Virus record (IMG/VR): IMGVR_UViG_3300006125_000005
Coordinates: 15,910-79,909 of that record
DNA: 64,000 nucleotides
Source of the DNA: a virus
Taxonomy: Duplodnaviria; Caudoviricetes
Strand: one strand, 5' to 3'
Below, in pieces: positions 30,139 through 40,331 of this stretch (positions are counted from its first letter, which is position 1; each line of letters starts with the position of its first letter). Below the pieces are notes generated by a model. The model was given only the letters and a program-made list of their open reading frames with translations, ran no database searches and was not told the origin of the DNA. A program made the translations under genes and the position numbers.

Positions 30139-30174
30139 ACCAATGTACTTTACAGTAGATTTCAATAAAGTAAT

Positions 30175-30945
30175 ATGAGCTCCCAACCAGTAATAACAAA
30201 GATTTTAACTACTGGTAAACCAAGTGCAGTTGCTTTACAAGCTTTAAGTAACGCAAAAAATGTTGTAAGTAATAGTCATAAACTTTACTATGTACTAGGT
30301 GGGTTTCATAGTGGAGACAGTCCACATAAGCCAGTTAGTACTAAAGATTGGGATCTTAGCTTATTGCAAGGTTTTAATTCGTTTAATACTGTTACAGGTG
30401 CAACTTCATATAATAGTGGTAAATATGGGGTAGATTGCTCTGGTTTTGTACGTTATTGTTACGGAAAAGCCTGGGGTTATGATAACTTTGGGGGTTCTGC
30501 TACGTGTGATCAGTTTAAAGGTCATAGAGGGACAGCTTTTTGGCCAATATGGAAAGGTATAGACCCGACTAGTATTATTAAAAATCCAGGGCTTAGAAAT
30601 ACACTTTGGGCCCAAGATAAATTAAAAGTTGACTATACTGAGACCATTAAATTATTACTCCCAGGAGATATACTTTATTTTTCCAACTGGAACCCACCAC
30701 AGACTAATAATTTAGGGACAGCTCCTAATCCATCAATTCTTCCGGATAATGATCATACAGCTATCTATGCTGGAATACTTCCGGGGACGTCTACTACACT
30801 TGGCTTCTATGGTGGAAAAGACATTCCTACAGTTTTAAATGCTTACAATTCTCAGTATGGAATTAGAGCTACATCATTAGTTGATGCTGGAACTTCATCA
30901 GGTTATTTGCAAGAATTATTGGCAATTAAGAGGGTTTTGCAATGA
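30175..30945 (+). CDS. NlpC/P60-family peptidase (baseplate-associated)
   Basis: GVDCSGFVRYCY, PGDILYF, DHTAIY. Confidence 0.75.
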   Translation: MSSQPVITKILTTGKPSAVALQALSNAKNVVSNSHKLYYVLGGFHSGDSPHKPVSTKDWDLSLLQGFNSFNTVTGATSYNSGKYGVDCSGFVRYCYGKAWGYDNFGGSATCDQFKGHRGTAFWPIWKGIDPTSIIKNPGLRNTLWAQDKLKVDYTETIKLLLPGDILYFSNWNPPQTNNLGTAPNPSILPDNDHTAIYAGILPGTSTTLGFYGGKDIPTVLNAYNSQYGIRATSLVDAGTSSGYLQELLAIKRVLQ

Positions 30946-31391
30946 AAACTATTCAAGTGCAAAATGGAGATATAGCTTTAGATAGTGGTGGTAGGTTACA
31001 GTTTGTACAAGGTACATCTAAGCTTGTACAAGACCTAACCCTTTGGTTAAAAGAAAATTATGGAATTGGTTTTACTTCACCAAACTTTGGTTCGTTGTTA
31101 CCTGGGTTAATTGGTGCACCAATGACTGGCGGAACGTTAGCTCGTGTTAGAACAGAAGTTACCAGAATAATTAGTCTTTACCAATCCCAACAAATTTTAG
31201 CTTTAAAACAAAGTCAAACTAGAGCCCAATTATCAAATTGGAATAAGTCAGAAATCATCAACTCTATTGACTCAATAGTTGTAACGCCTAATTATACTTC
31301 TATTAACATAACGGTGGGCCTTACAACCTTATCAGGTTCTACACTTAGTCTTACGATCTTAATTACTTCTGAAGGATTACAGGTTTCATAA
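30942..31391 (+). CDS. Baseplate wedge protein (gp25/GPW-like)
   Basis: NGDIALD...KLVQDL...PNFGS; precedes J-like gene. Confidence 0.75.
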   Translation: MKTIQVQNGDIALDSGGRLQFVQGTSKLVQDLTLWLKENYGIGFTSPNFGSLLPGLIGAPMTGGTLARVRTEVTRIISLYQSQQILALKQSQTRAQLSNWNKSEIINSIDSIVVTPNYTSINITVGLTTLSGSTLSLTILITSEGLQVS

Positions 31392-33877
31392 TGGCAAATA
31401 CAAGTGATGTACTCAATAGACTACTTGCAAGTCTAACAATTGCTGATCCTACTTGGGATACGTCAATTGGGTCAGCAACGTATAAAATCTTAGAGTCCAT
31501 AGCTAACGAAATTTCTACAGCATCTGATAACTCTACTCTACAGACCTATAGCTATGATGTTATGAGTAAATCTGGTATTCAACTTGATGCTTTTGTTAAC
31601 TTATTTGGTATTGCAAGACAGTTAGGTAAAAGATCTGTTGGAACTGTTACCTTTAGTTTAACAAGTGCAGCTACTCAAATTATCTATATCCCTTACGGAA
31701 CTCAAATTTATGTTCAGGGTACTAGCAATGGTGTTTCAAATATCTACTTTAATACTACTTCAGCAGCAATTATTAATGTTGGAGAAACGTCAGTGCAGGT
31801 TCCAGTAATTTCTGTACTTCCTGGTACCTTCAATAATGTCAATGCAGGTTCAATTAATCAAATTTCCACCTCTATAGTAGGTGCCCCATCAGTTACTAAC
31901 GAACAACCTTTAATTGGTGGCTCAGATACTGAGACAGACACTCAGCTGCAAAGTAGATTTCAAGCTACAGCTTTTAGCAATATTTCTGGAACTGTAGATA
32001 AATTTGTTGCTATGGCTTTGCAAAACCCTAACGTAACTCAGGTAAATGTTGTTGGGTCCCAAGAAACTTATCTGGAACAAGATTCAGTTATAACAGTTGT
32101 CTCAGGCACAGACAATTATACAATTGGATTGCAAGCTCAAGGAACATTAGCTGTTAGTAGTGGACAAATAGCAGCTGATGGACTTATTTCTGGTGTCTTT
32201 CCATTAAATACTACAGTTACAAGTGGATTTATTACACAAAGTCCGTCTGGAATTTTTAATAACGGCTCTGTAATATACGATGGTAGTAACTATAATCTAT
32301 CTGTCGCAACATCTAATAGTGGAACTTTAACTACTAACTATTTGCAATTTGGAACTACAGTTTTTTCTGGTTCGTCTACAGCAAGTGATGTTATAACGGT
32401 AGTTGAGCAACTACTTGCATCTGGTAACTATAGTGTTGGGGCAAGTGTTAGTGGTACCACTACTGATGGCCCAGGTGGTTTGCAAATTGGTTTTAATAAC
32501 CCCACTATTTATAACGTAGTAATAAGTGGTACTGGAAACGTTACTTGTAAAAACATAATCTATTCTCAGATTCCAGACTCTAAATATACTTACCCACAAG
32601 GTGGAGAAAAGATTGGTGAGCTGTTAAACTCAGCTAGTCAAACTTTACTATCCCCTTATGTAGACTATATTTATCCATCCGGGACTTCTGTACCATTAAC
32701 AGTTACTCTTTATCCTAATGCTTTAAATGCTCCCTATACGTATACTGGTAACTTATTGCAAATGCAATCCGAGTATATTCCTCTTTGCTCAAGAACAGTA
32801 GACCCCAGTGTTAATTCTAACTACGTTGATATTTTCATTAACACTTTAAACTCTAGCCTTGTACAAGAACAAGTAGTATTTACTCCTACTAATACTTTTG
32901 GGTCAAGTCAGCTTCCAATTTCTAACTTTAATCTTGCAAATGGACTTTCTGCAGACAGTTCTATTACAGGAGACTATTATGTAGGCGTAAGTCAAAACCC
33001 ATTAATCAACTTTCCCTCACAGCTTGTTTCCGGAAATAGCCCAAGTATTGTAACCTTTGGTTCTACAGATTACCCATTATGTCTATCTAGTGTCAATTCC
33101 TCTCCCCCAACTTTAACAGTTTCTGGGTCTCAAGATACTACTATACTCTATACAACTGATACTATAGCAAATTTGCAATTAGGTCTAGCTGTCTCTGGAA
33201 CCGTAGGTGGCATTTCTACTCAAAGCTATATCATTCAGTTAACATCAGGAATCCCTAATCAAATTACACTTAGCTCCCCATTGACATCTGACCTTTCTCC
33301 TACAGCTGTTACTTTTTGGACTGTAGCATATCCAGTTTACGATAATACAAATAATGCTGGTAGTATTTTAGATGCTTCTGGAATTGGTTTAGTAGCAAGC
33401 AACGTAGTACTTCCAGCTTCTGGGCAGGTTGGCTCCTTTAGTCATTACTATAATACAAGTGTTGTACAGATTGATAACCTTGTTCAACAATCTAAAGTTA
33501 TTGGAACTAACGTATTAGTACACCAAGCTCAGTTCCTTAATTTTGTTGTTAATCTTTCTATCGTATACCAACAGTCAGTTAATATTGATATAGTCAATAC
33601 TAGTTTGAAGAATGCTATCGCTACCCTTTTCCAAAGTGTAAACTATTTAGATACTATTTCATTAAGTAGTATTGTTTTTGCTGCATTGAGGACTCCGGGT
33701 ATTAGCTCAGCTAGAATATCCACAAATGCAGATAATGCTACTAATTTTGGAGTTCAAGAAGTTGCATTAGATGGAAGTATCTTAAACTCTTACACAAATG
33801 ACATTCCTCTCTTTAATAATCAACTGCCATCATTCTACGGACTCAATACGATAAGCTTTGGAAAGAACAACTTCTAA
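31391..33877 (+). CDS. Baseplate J-like protein
   Basis: LDAFVNLFGIAR, GTVTF, IPYGTQ, GTFNNV.AGSI, VTN...GGSDTETDTQLQSR. Confidence 0.85.
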   Translation: MANTSDVLNRLLASLTIADPTWDTSIGSATYKILESIANEISTASDNSTLQTYSYDVMSKSGIQLDAFVNLFGIARQLGKRSVGTVTFSLTSAATQIIYIPYGTQIYVQGTSNGVSNIYFNTTSAAIINVGETSVQVPVISVLPGTFNNVNAGSINQISTSIVGAPSVTNEQPLIGGSDTETDTQLQSRFQATAFSNISGTVDKFVAMALQNPNVTQVNVVGSQETYLEQDSVITVVSGTDNYTIGLQAQGTLAVSSGQIAADGLISGVFPLNTTVTSGFITQSPSGIFNNGSVIYDGSNYNLSVATSNSGTLTTNYLQFGTTVFSGSSTASDVITVVEQLLASGNYSVGASVSGTTTDGPGGLQIGFNNPTIYNVVISGTGNVTCKNIIYSQIPDSKYTYPQGGEKIGELLNSASQTLLSPYVDYIYPSGTSVPLTVTLYPNALNAPYTYTGNLLQMQSEYIPLCSRTVDPSVNSNYVDIFINTLNSSLVQEQVVFTPTNTFGSSQLPISNFNLANGLSADSSITGDYYVGVSQNPLINFPSQLVSGNSPSIVTFGSTDYPLCLSSVNSSPPTLTVSGSQDTTILYTTDTIANLQLGLAVSGTVGGISTQSYIIQLTSGIPNQITLSSPLTSDLSPTAVTFWTVAYPVYDNTNNAGSILDASGIGLVASNVVLPASGQVGSFSHYYNTSVVQIDNLVQQSKVIGTNVLVHQAQFLNFVVNLSIVYQQSVNIDIVNTSLKNAIATLFQSVNYLDTISLSSIVFAALRTPGISSARISTNADNATNFGVQEVALDGSILNSYTNDIPLFNNQLPSFYGLNTISFGKNNF

Positions 33878-34875
33878 TGGCCAATAGTGTATTCCCATTA
33901 AACTTACATCAAACACTCCTTTGGAAAGTCCGTAATTTTCCAGAAGATGTTTACAATTTTGATATAGGCGATAAACTTACGACTTTAATGTCTATTGTCC
34001 TTGGAAATACTGGCACTGGCCAGTTATGGACTTCTCAGCTTGCTGCTAGATTAACTCAAGAGAATATGGAGTTTTCTGACCTAGATAACATCTTTGGGCA
34101 GATATTAAATACTCCTAGACTTTCCACTGAGATGTATGCTACTTCTAAAGATCCCTTTTTAGATCAGTTGACGTCTGAAGAGTGGCAAGATGTTATCTCT
34201 AAGGATTCAGCTTACAGAGAGCGTTTAAATGGAGTAGCCTCATCTTTGTTAAAGGGAGCTACTACATTTGGTATCCAGCAAATAGCTGAGTCAACAGCTG
34301 ATATTCAGGCTAAGGTAATAGAAGTTTGGAATACAACTGCTAGTGGAACAACTACAGCACAAACTTTAGCTTCTGGAGTTACTACAAGAGGGTTGGGGGA
34401 TAACGAAGTACTAGTTATTCCAACAGATCTTCCAGATGTACCACTTACAACTGACTTTAGAGCTGCTGTTATGGATAGTTTAAGACAGTTAAAACCAGCT
34501 GGAGTAGCTGTTACTCTTACCAGTGGAGTCAGTAACTTAAATAGTCTACCCTATACAGTTGTTACAGGAAACTCTGTTAACTTCTATATGGAAAGAACTA
34601 CAACAGCTGCTAATTTGAGTTATCCTAGCTTGGCTCAAAATAGTCCTGTTCCTGGAGTTGCAAGTAGGTACTGGGCCCAAAATAATGTTGCTGTACAAGC
34701 TCCTTACTTTGCTCACTTACAAACTCAAGAGTCTTACATCGATGTTACTCAAAATATTTCTACAGTAAATATTACACTTGAAACCCCAGGTGGGCCTAAT
34801 ACAACTTATGGAGTCACTAGCCCATTGGGTAAAGCAAATCTTAAAATTACTAGTACGGTATATGGTGCCCTATAA
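33877..34875 (+). CDS. Baseplate wedge protein (gpI-like)
   Basis: DSAYRERL...KGATTFGI...LKPAGV motif; follows J-like gene. Confidence 0.65.
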   Translation: MANSVFPLNLHQTLLWKVRNFPEDVYNFDIGDKLTTLMSIVLGNTGTGQLWTSQLAARLTQENMEFSDLDNIFGQILNTPRLSTEMYATSKDPFLDQLTSEEWQDVISKDSAYRERLNGVASSLLKGATTFGIQQIAESTADIQAKVIEVWNTTASGTTTAQTLASGVTTRGLGDNEVLVIPTDLPDVPLTTDFRAAVMDSLRQLKPAGVAVTLTSGVSNLNSLPYTVVTGNSVNFYMERTTTAANLSYPSLAQNSPVPGVASRYWAQNNVAVQAPYFAHLQTQESYIDVTQNISTVNITLETPGGPNTTYGVTSPLGKANLKITSTVYGAL

Positions 34876-37763
34876 TGCCCAATAGTTCTAATCCATTAAT
34901 CAAATATGTAGCGGGTGGAAGTGCCCCTATGACTCAAGCTGGGTTAGTTGTTGATGGAGTCTATCCTGTTGTAGGTATTATTAACTCACTTAATACTTCA
35001 ACTAATACCTACCAAGACCCCAATAGTAATAGTTACTCCTATAACACTCAAGTCTCTTCTGTCCCTACTAATCCTACAAAATGGGTTTCATCATTAGTAG
35101 ACGATTTTAGTAACAACCAATACAACTTGGATTTTATCTTCAATAGAACTACATATCTAAATACCGTTAAATTTAGATTGTCCTCTGTCCCCTGTATGTG
35201 GACTTTGTCAGTTGTCTCTGGGTCTACAACTATTAACCTTGAGTCTGGAATCATAGATATCTATAAGCCAGATCAAACAAACTATGTACAAATTGACTTA
35301 GATGAGACTTATACTTTTGATCCAAACACTTCTTTAAATTTACAGCTTATTAAATCTCAAAATGGTATCCAATATAGTTTTACAGTACAAGACTTTACTG
35401 CTGGTTTAACTGTACAAAATTATTCAGATGTTGTCATTAGTGGAACCCCAATTGACTTAACTGTACAAAATAGTCTTGGATTTGTTGAAGAGTTTGTCCC
35501 CCAACAAGATTTAATAACTAACATATACAGCAACAGTACCACAAATTATTGGAAGTCTTCTCCACAACCCGTTAAAGATGCTGTAGTATATTTTGTTATT
35601 GACTTGGAGTCAAAGCAAACCATAAATAAGATGTACTTAGATCCTTTATTTAGTGGCAACTCTATGAACCTGTATTACTCAAATGATAATTTGAACTGGT
35701 CTCCAGTACAGAGAGATTTTACACTTAGAAGAGGTGTTTATGATCTTCCAACAATTTATGCTAGGTATTTAAAGTTAGAGTTTAGTCAACTTACTCCTGA
35801 ACCCTATGACTTACCTTTTGATACAGTTAATAGAACTATCCAAGTATTTCCTGATTGGGTAGATGCTTACTTTATCTCTATTGAATCAGCTATTCCAGAT
35901 ATAGCTAATCAAGGGTATCTACCCTTAAACACTAACCCAGGGCCAAATGTACTTTACAACAGCAGCCTTAATGTTAATACGACACAAGGTGCTATTACTA
36001 ATCAGCTTAGTGATACGTCGTGGGGAGCTAACCCAAATAACACTGGCTCAACAAATGTCTTACAGCAATTAGGGCAATCAGTAGTAGCTGACCCAACTAC
36101 ATCATATAAGACGGTTATAGAGACTGGTAATTTTGGATCTACTTATAACTACGTTGACAACAACGCCTTTATCAATAGACGTTTTCCAACTTACTGTCAG
36201 CATATTTACAAGAATGTCAATATAGCTCAAACATGGCATCAAGCCTATTTTGCTGGTATTAAGAAGCTTTCATTTTACAATACTAATCTGACTGTACAAA
36301 ATGATTATGAAGAGTTTACAGATTACTTCCTTCCATCAGGACCTACTATTGTAAATGCTTTATCTACTACAGCTACTTTGCAACCTAGTGGTGGGTATAC
36401 AGGGACAGCTAGTCAATATGTTACAACTAAGCAACTCAAAACTATTAGTGAATTTAAAAGCTTTAAAATTGCTGCATTAAGTACAGATTGGCAAAGCTTT
36501 TTAGCTGATCCACTTACAGGCCAAGATTATAAGACATTACTCTATGGTCCATCTTCTATTACTAACGTTACTATTTCTGGCGCTTCTTTAGCTAGTATCA
36601 ACACTTCAAACAGTAAGTATGGTATTTATACAATTTCTGGAAGTACGGGTGTTAGTTCTTTGACATCAGATTTTGGTGGTAGTACAAACTTACTTACTGC
36701 CCCATTAGCATTCTTTACAAGCCCAAGTGGATGGTCAGGATCAGCTACTACATCTACAGTTATTTCAGGTTTAAACCATACAACTATTCCTATATATCTC
36801 AATAACTCAGCTAATCCTGCATATGGTCTTGATGTAACAGGTATTAATGCTTACTCTGCTTCTGTTAGTGAGGGACCTAATCTTTATTCCTTCTTAGTAA
36901 GATGTTCAGGGCTTGCAGGAAGTGTAAATGTAGAATTAGATTATTATTCTGATAGCACATTAATAAGTGGTATGAGTCAAACATTTACTGTTGCAGCAAG
37001 TGGTACTAATATTGTATTTACTGTTCCAGAACCATATGACGTAGACAATGTCAACTTTAAACTAACCCCCATTGGTGGAACAGCAACATTTAGTGAAGCT
37101 GGATACTTTTACGGTATTCCCCCACAATGGTCTTCCCCCCTAATAACTAATAATATGAGAGTTTCTGCAGTTGCTAGAATCTTTCTACCCTATACTAATC
37201 AGGGTACATACAGATGTTCATTAATTTCATCTGGGGTAGAGTTGGCACATAAGACTTTCTCAAACATTCCGATTAGAACCTGGGTTGACATCGAGGTTCC
37301 ATTTACTCTACAAAGTACTTTAAATGCCCCACTTCAAGCTAAGCTAACACAAAGCAACGGAGCTGGAGAAGCTTACGAAGTTGCAATGCTTGGGTTATTC
37401 TATAATCCTACACTTTATCAGTACTCAATAGATGGAAGTATTTGGTACAATATTCAAACTAACATCAATGACCCAAACGGGTTTATTACACTCCCTCATA
37501 GTACAAATTCTATTTACTTTAAAGCAACTTTCCTAGAAGATGCTACCCATCTATCAGCATTAAGTGTTGTTCCTAACTATACTCAAAACGCCTACAGCAC
37601 TCAGACTAACATCAATTATTTGAGTGATATTAAAACAAATGAGCTAAGTTCTAGACGTCCAGCTTCCTTAAAACCTTTGTTCCAGTTAAGTCAAGAGCTA
37701 CACCCAAATAGCTATGACATTAGAACTTTGATGCAAATTAGTAACCCCTACCAATTAGATTGA
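34875..37763 (+). CDS. Large baseplate / tail protein with discoidin (F5/8-like) domains
   Basis: YWKS...FVIDL...LYYSNDNLNW...ARYLKLEF. Confidence 0.6.
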   Translation: MPNSSNPLIKYVAGGSAPMTQAGLVVDGVYPVVGIINSLNTSTNTYQDPNSNSYSYNTQVSSVPTNPTKWVSSLVDDFSNNQYNLDFIFNRTTYLNTVKFRLSSVPCMWTLSVVSGSTTINLESGIIDIYKPDQTNYVQIDLDETYTFDPNTSLNLQLIKSQNGIQYSFTVQDFTAGLTVQNYSDVVISGTPIDLTVQNSLGFVEEFVPQQDLITNIYSNSTTNYWKSSPQPVKDAVVYFVIDLESKQTINKMYLDPLFSGNSMNLYYSNDNLNWSPVQRDFTLRRGVYDLPTIYARYLKLEFSQLTPEPYDLPFDTVNRTIQVFPDWVDAYFISIESAIPDIANQGYLPLNTNPGPNVLYNSSLNVNTTQGAITNQLSDTSWGANPNNTGSTNVLQQLGQSVVADPTTSYKTVIETGNFGSTYNYVDNNAFINRRFPTYCQHIYKNVNIAQTWHQAYFAGIKKLSFYNTNLTVQNDYEEFTDYFLPSGPTIVNALSTTATLQPSGGYTGTASQYVTTKQLKTISEFKSFKIAALSTDWQSFLADPLTGQDYKTLLYGPSSITNVTISGASLASINTSNSKYGIYTISGSTGVSSLTSDFGGSTNLLTAPLAFFTSPSGWSGSATTSTVISGLNHTTIPIYLNNSANPAYGLDVTGINAYSASVSEGPNLYSFLVRCSGLAGSVNVELDYYSDSTLISGMSQTFTVAASGTNIVFTVPEPYDVDNVNFKLTPIGGTATFSEAGYFYGIPPQWSSPLITNNMRVSAVARIFLPYTNQGTYRCSLISSGVELAHKTFSNIPIRTWVDIEVPFTLQSTLNAPLQAKLTQSNGAGEAYEVAMLGLFYNPTLYQYSIDGSIWYNIQTNINDPNGFITLPHSTNSIYFKATFLEDATHLSALSVVPNYTQNAYSTQTNINYLSDIKTNELSSRRPASLKPLFQLSQELHPNSYDIRTLMQISNPYQLD

Positions 37764-37766
37764 TTA

Positions 37767-37795
37767 TTGATTTTCTAATGTTCATATAATAAACT
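37767..37795 (+). promoter_or_regulatory. SigA-type promoter, probably producing a leaderless mRNA
   Basis: TTGATT-N17-TAAACT; ATG 6 nt downstream; no Shine-Dalgarno. Confidence 0.6.
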
Positions 37796-37801
37796 TTAAA
37801 T

Positions 37802-39661
37802 ATGGACCCCCAAAAGTTAATCTTTGTACAAAAGAGTGAACTTTTAAATGGCTTACTGAGATTTTCGTCTCTAAATAAGAACTTAAAAGAGACAGGGTTC
37901 GTTGATGGCTTTGATACACTGAGGAATAGAGACAAGCTTCTTGATTTTGAAGAGTTCGTTGGCCATAATGGTATGGAAGTCGTCTTTACCGATGAAGAAG
38001 CTGAAAACGAATATAAGAAGCTTTCAGATTCAGTTAAGTTTCCATTTGAAGTAGACAGTCCATTCCTTGTTGAAAATAGCCTTTTTCCTTTCCAACATGT
38101 GGGACTAAATATAGTTTGGAAAAAATTACAAACTGATTCCCCTAGAGTACTTGTACAATGGGATACAGGAGCAGGTAAGACACTGTTAAGCTGTCTTACG
38201 GCTCAAAAGCTTTTTGCTGAAAATAAAGTCGATAAGGTGCTTGTCTTTTGTAAGAAGATTAAGCAGTTTGACTGGGAGCAGGAGTTTAAAAGAATGACTA
38301 CTCTTTCTGTAACGAAGGTTGATTCCTGGGCCAGAAAAGTTCGTCATGACTTTTATGATAATGATGATTCCCAAGTATTAGTCTTGAATTATGAAAAGGC
38401 TAGAGGACCATCTAAAGTCAAAGAAAAGGGTAAGAGAAACAGGGTTGATGATTTTAGTCGGACCGATATACTTAAACTAGTTAATATAACTAAAGATAAA
38501 AGAGTATTAATTATTATAGATGAAGCACAAAAGATTAATACCGGTACCAGTCTTTTATCTGATGGATTTGATATATTAATGAATAGGACGAGCAGCCCGG
38601 TGATGGCTCTTGCTCTTACAGCAACTCCTTACACTACCAGCCCTTTAAATATCAGGAATATTCTTTCTACAGTTGCCCCTGGTATTCCAGATGTCTCAGA
38701 TTTAACTAGAGATCAGTTTAAGAGACTTTACGGAAAGAAGTTAGAGTATTTTGGGACTAAGTATGCCCAAACACTTTACGTAAAAGAGTGGGATAGAGCA
38801 AAGCTTCCTCTTTTGGGTAAGAAGCATGAAAATTGGACTCATATTGCAATGAAGAGTGATCCTCTTATTGCTAGACAGTTTCCTGAGTCCCTTCCTAAGA
38901 GAGTTGTTTACGAGCTTTCAGATATTGATAGAGAAGTTTACGATTATGCTGAAAAAGTTGCTCAAGAGAGATTTAACCCTGACAACCCAACAGCATCCTG
39001 GGCGTATGTCAATACCCTTAGGATGATTTGTAATACTACAGCTGGGTTAAAAGATTCAAACGGTAAGTTTGCCCAAGAGCTAGTAGAAAAGTTTGGGGAT
39101 GCACTTTCCATTGAGAATAGCTCAAAGTATCAGCTGATTGAAAGTGCTTTAGAGACAGCATTTGAGAGTAATGAGAAAGTAGTACTCTTTACCTTTTGGA
39201 CCAATGGTACACTTTTTCCATACATGAATGCTCTTAAGTCTCACTTTAGAGATGTTCCAATATTACCCATTTGGGGTGTAGGATTAGACCCCCAAGTAGT
39301 GACTAAGAATATTAAGCAATTTAACAGTACAAAAGGTCCAGCGGTATTGATTACTTCAGATGTTGGACAGGAAGGATTAAACCTTTATGCGCCATATCTT
39401 TGGAACATTGAGATTCCAACTACCTATGCAGCTTATAAGCAACGTAAGGATAGGATTAACAGAGCTGATAGTAAGTCCAAAGGAGTTAGCCACACATGGA
39501 TTTATCGACCTGTGGGAATTGACACCGTTGAAGAGCGAATTGATGCAAAGGTCCTTAGGCGTAGAGATGAAGCAGAGGCTATTAGAGGAGTAGTAGACGA
39601 AAATGTCGATATGGAAGATACTATTGATATCTCTCCCAGGGCTTTGCTATTTGGTTCTTGA
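37802..39661 (+). CDS. SNF2-family helicase
   Basis: LFPFQ, DTGAGKT, LNYE, IIDEAQ, LTATP, KVVLFT, GQEGLNL, QRKDRINR. Confidence 0.85.
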   Translation: MDPQKLIFVQKSELLNGLLRFSSLNKNLKETGFVDGFDTLRNRDKLLDFEEFVGHNGMEVVFTDEEAENEYKKLSDSVKFPFEVDSPFLVENSLFPFQHVGLNIVWKKLQTDSPRVLVQWDTGAGKTLLSCLTAQKLFAENKVDKVLVFCKKIKQFDWEQEFKRMTTLSVTKVDSWARKVRHDFYDNDDSQVLVLNYEKARGPSKVKEKGKRNRVDDFSRTDILKLVNITKDKRVLIIIDEAQKINTGTSLLSDGFDILMNRTSSPVMALALTATPYTTSPLNIRNILSTVAPGIPDVSDLTRDQFKRLYGKKLEYFGTKYAQTLYVKEWDRAKLPLLGKKHENWTHIAMKSDPLIARQFPESLPKRVVYELSDIDREVYDYAEKVAQERFNPDNPTASWAYVNTLRMICNTTAGLKDSNGKFAQELVEKFGDALSIENSSKYQLIESALETAFESNEKVVLFTFWTNGTLFPYMNALKSHFRDVPILPIWGVGLDPQVVTKNIKQFNSTKGPAVLITSDVGQEGLNLYAPYLWNIEIPTTYAAYKQRKDRINRADSKSKGVSHTWIYRPVGIDTVEERIDAKVLRRRDEAEAIRGVVDENVDMEDTIDISPRALLFGS

Positions 39662-39731
39662 TTGATAAAATGCAATCAATTAAATTGGTATTATTAAGGA
39701 AAGGAAAAGCCTATTAGATAAGAGTAACTTT

Positions 39732-39826
39732 GAGCTTAACACGGTTGCACACCTGATGTCGTAGAGACTAGGCCGTTGTATTCCATACCGGAACCGGACT
39801 CAGGATCGTATGCCAGACCGTAGCTC
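39732..39826 (+). ncRNA. Candidate structured cis-regulatory RNA upstream of rpf
   Basis: Nested pairings gagct/agctc, acggtt/gaccgt, cctga/tcagg enclose gtc-gtaga-gac and ttcc-atacc-ggaa hairpins; GC-rich in an AT-rich context. Confidence 0.45.
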
Positions 39827-39863
39827 TCCCTAGAGGAATAACATCCAGCAAGGAGCGCGAAAA

Positions 39864-40331
39864 ATGCGCCGTATTAATACACTTAGTATTGCTTTTACCG
39901 TATTGGCTATTTCATTCAGTTCGAATGTTATTAATGAAGGAGTTGCATCATCATCGTTATCAAACCATTCGACGACGACAGTAAAAAGCGTCGTTCATAC
40001 AACAACCACCCAAGTCAAAGCCTCAAAGTTCCATGGGCCATTGAAACATTGGACGAAACCTCCGAAGGGTTGGCCATGGGGAGTAACTCAGAACGACCTT
40101 AGAATGTGGTCAAAAGTTAACATTTGTGAAGAAGGTGGCAATTGGCACGTTAGAGGTAGTATTTACTCTGGTGGCCTAGGTATGAGGAACGATGTATGGT
40201 CCTACTATAGCCGAGGAATGGGGTTTTCAGCCTCAGCTGCAGATGCTACCCCAGTTCAGCAAGTAGCAGTAGCAAAAAAAATTAACACCGGTTATGGTGT
40301 TCCAGATCAGAATGGATGTCACGCATGGTAG
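39864..40331 (+). CDS. rpf: Resuscitation-promoting factor (Rpf) transglycosylase-domain protein, secreted
   Basis: Signal-peptide-like N-terminus; WSKVNICEEGGNW...YSGGLG...W...ADATPVQQVAVAKKI...W matches the Rpf domain (CESGGNW consensus). Confidence 0.8.
   Translation: MRRINTLSIAFTVLAISFSSNVINEGVASSSLSNHSTTTVKSVVHTTTTQVKASKFHGPLKHWTKPPKGWPWGVTQNDLRMWSKVNICEEGGNWHVRGSIYSGGLGMRNDVWSYYSRGMGFSASAADATPVQQVAVAKKINTGYGVPDQNGCHAW

Noticed and set aside
39752-39805. Hammerhead ribozyme (CUGAUG core)
   Set aside because: Lacks CUGAUGA and the GAAA after stem II
39732-39826. c-di-AMP (ydaO) riboswitch
   Set aside because: Signature GCUGAAUCC, GGGGUGAAU and CCCGUCAGCUAAC segments are not visible
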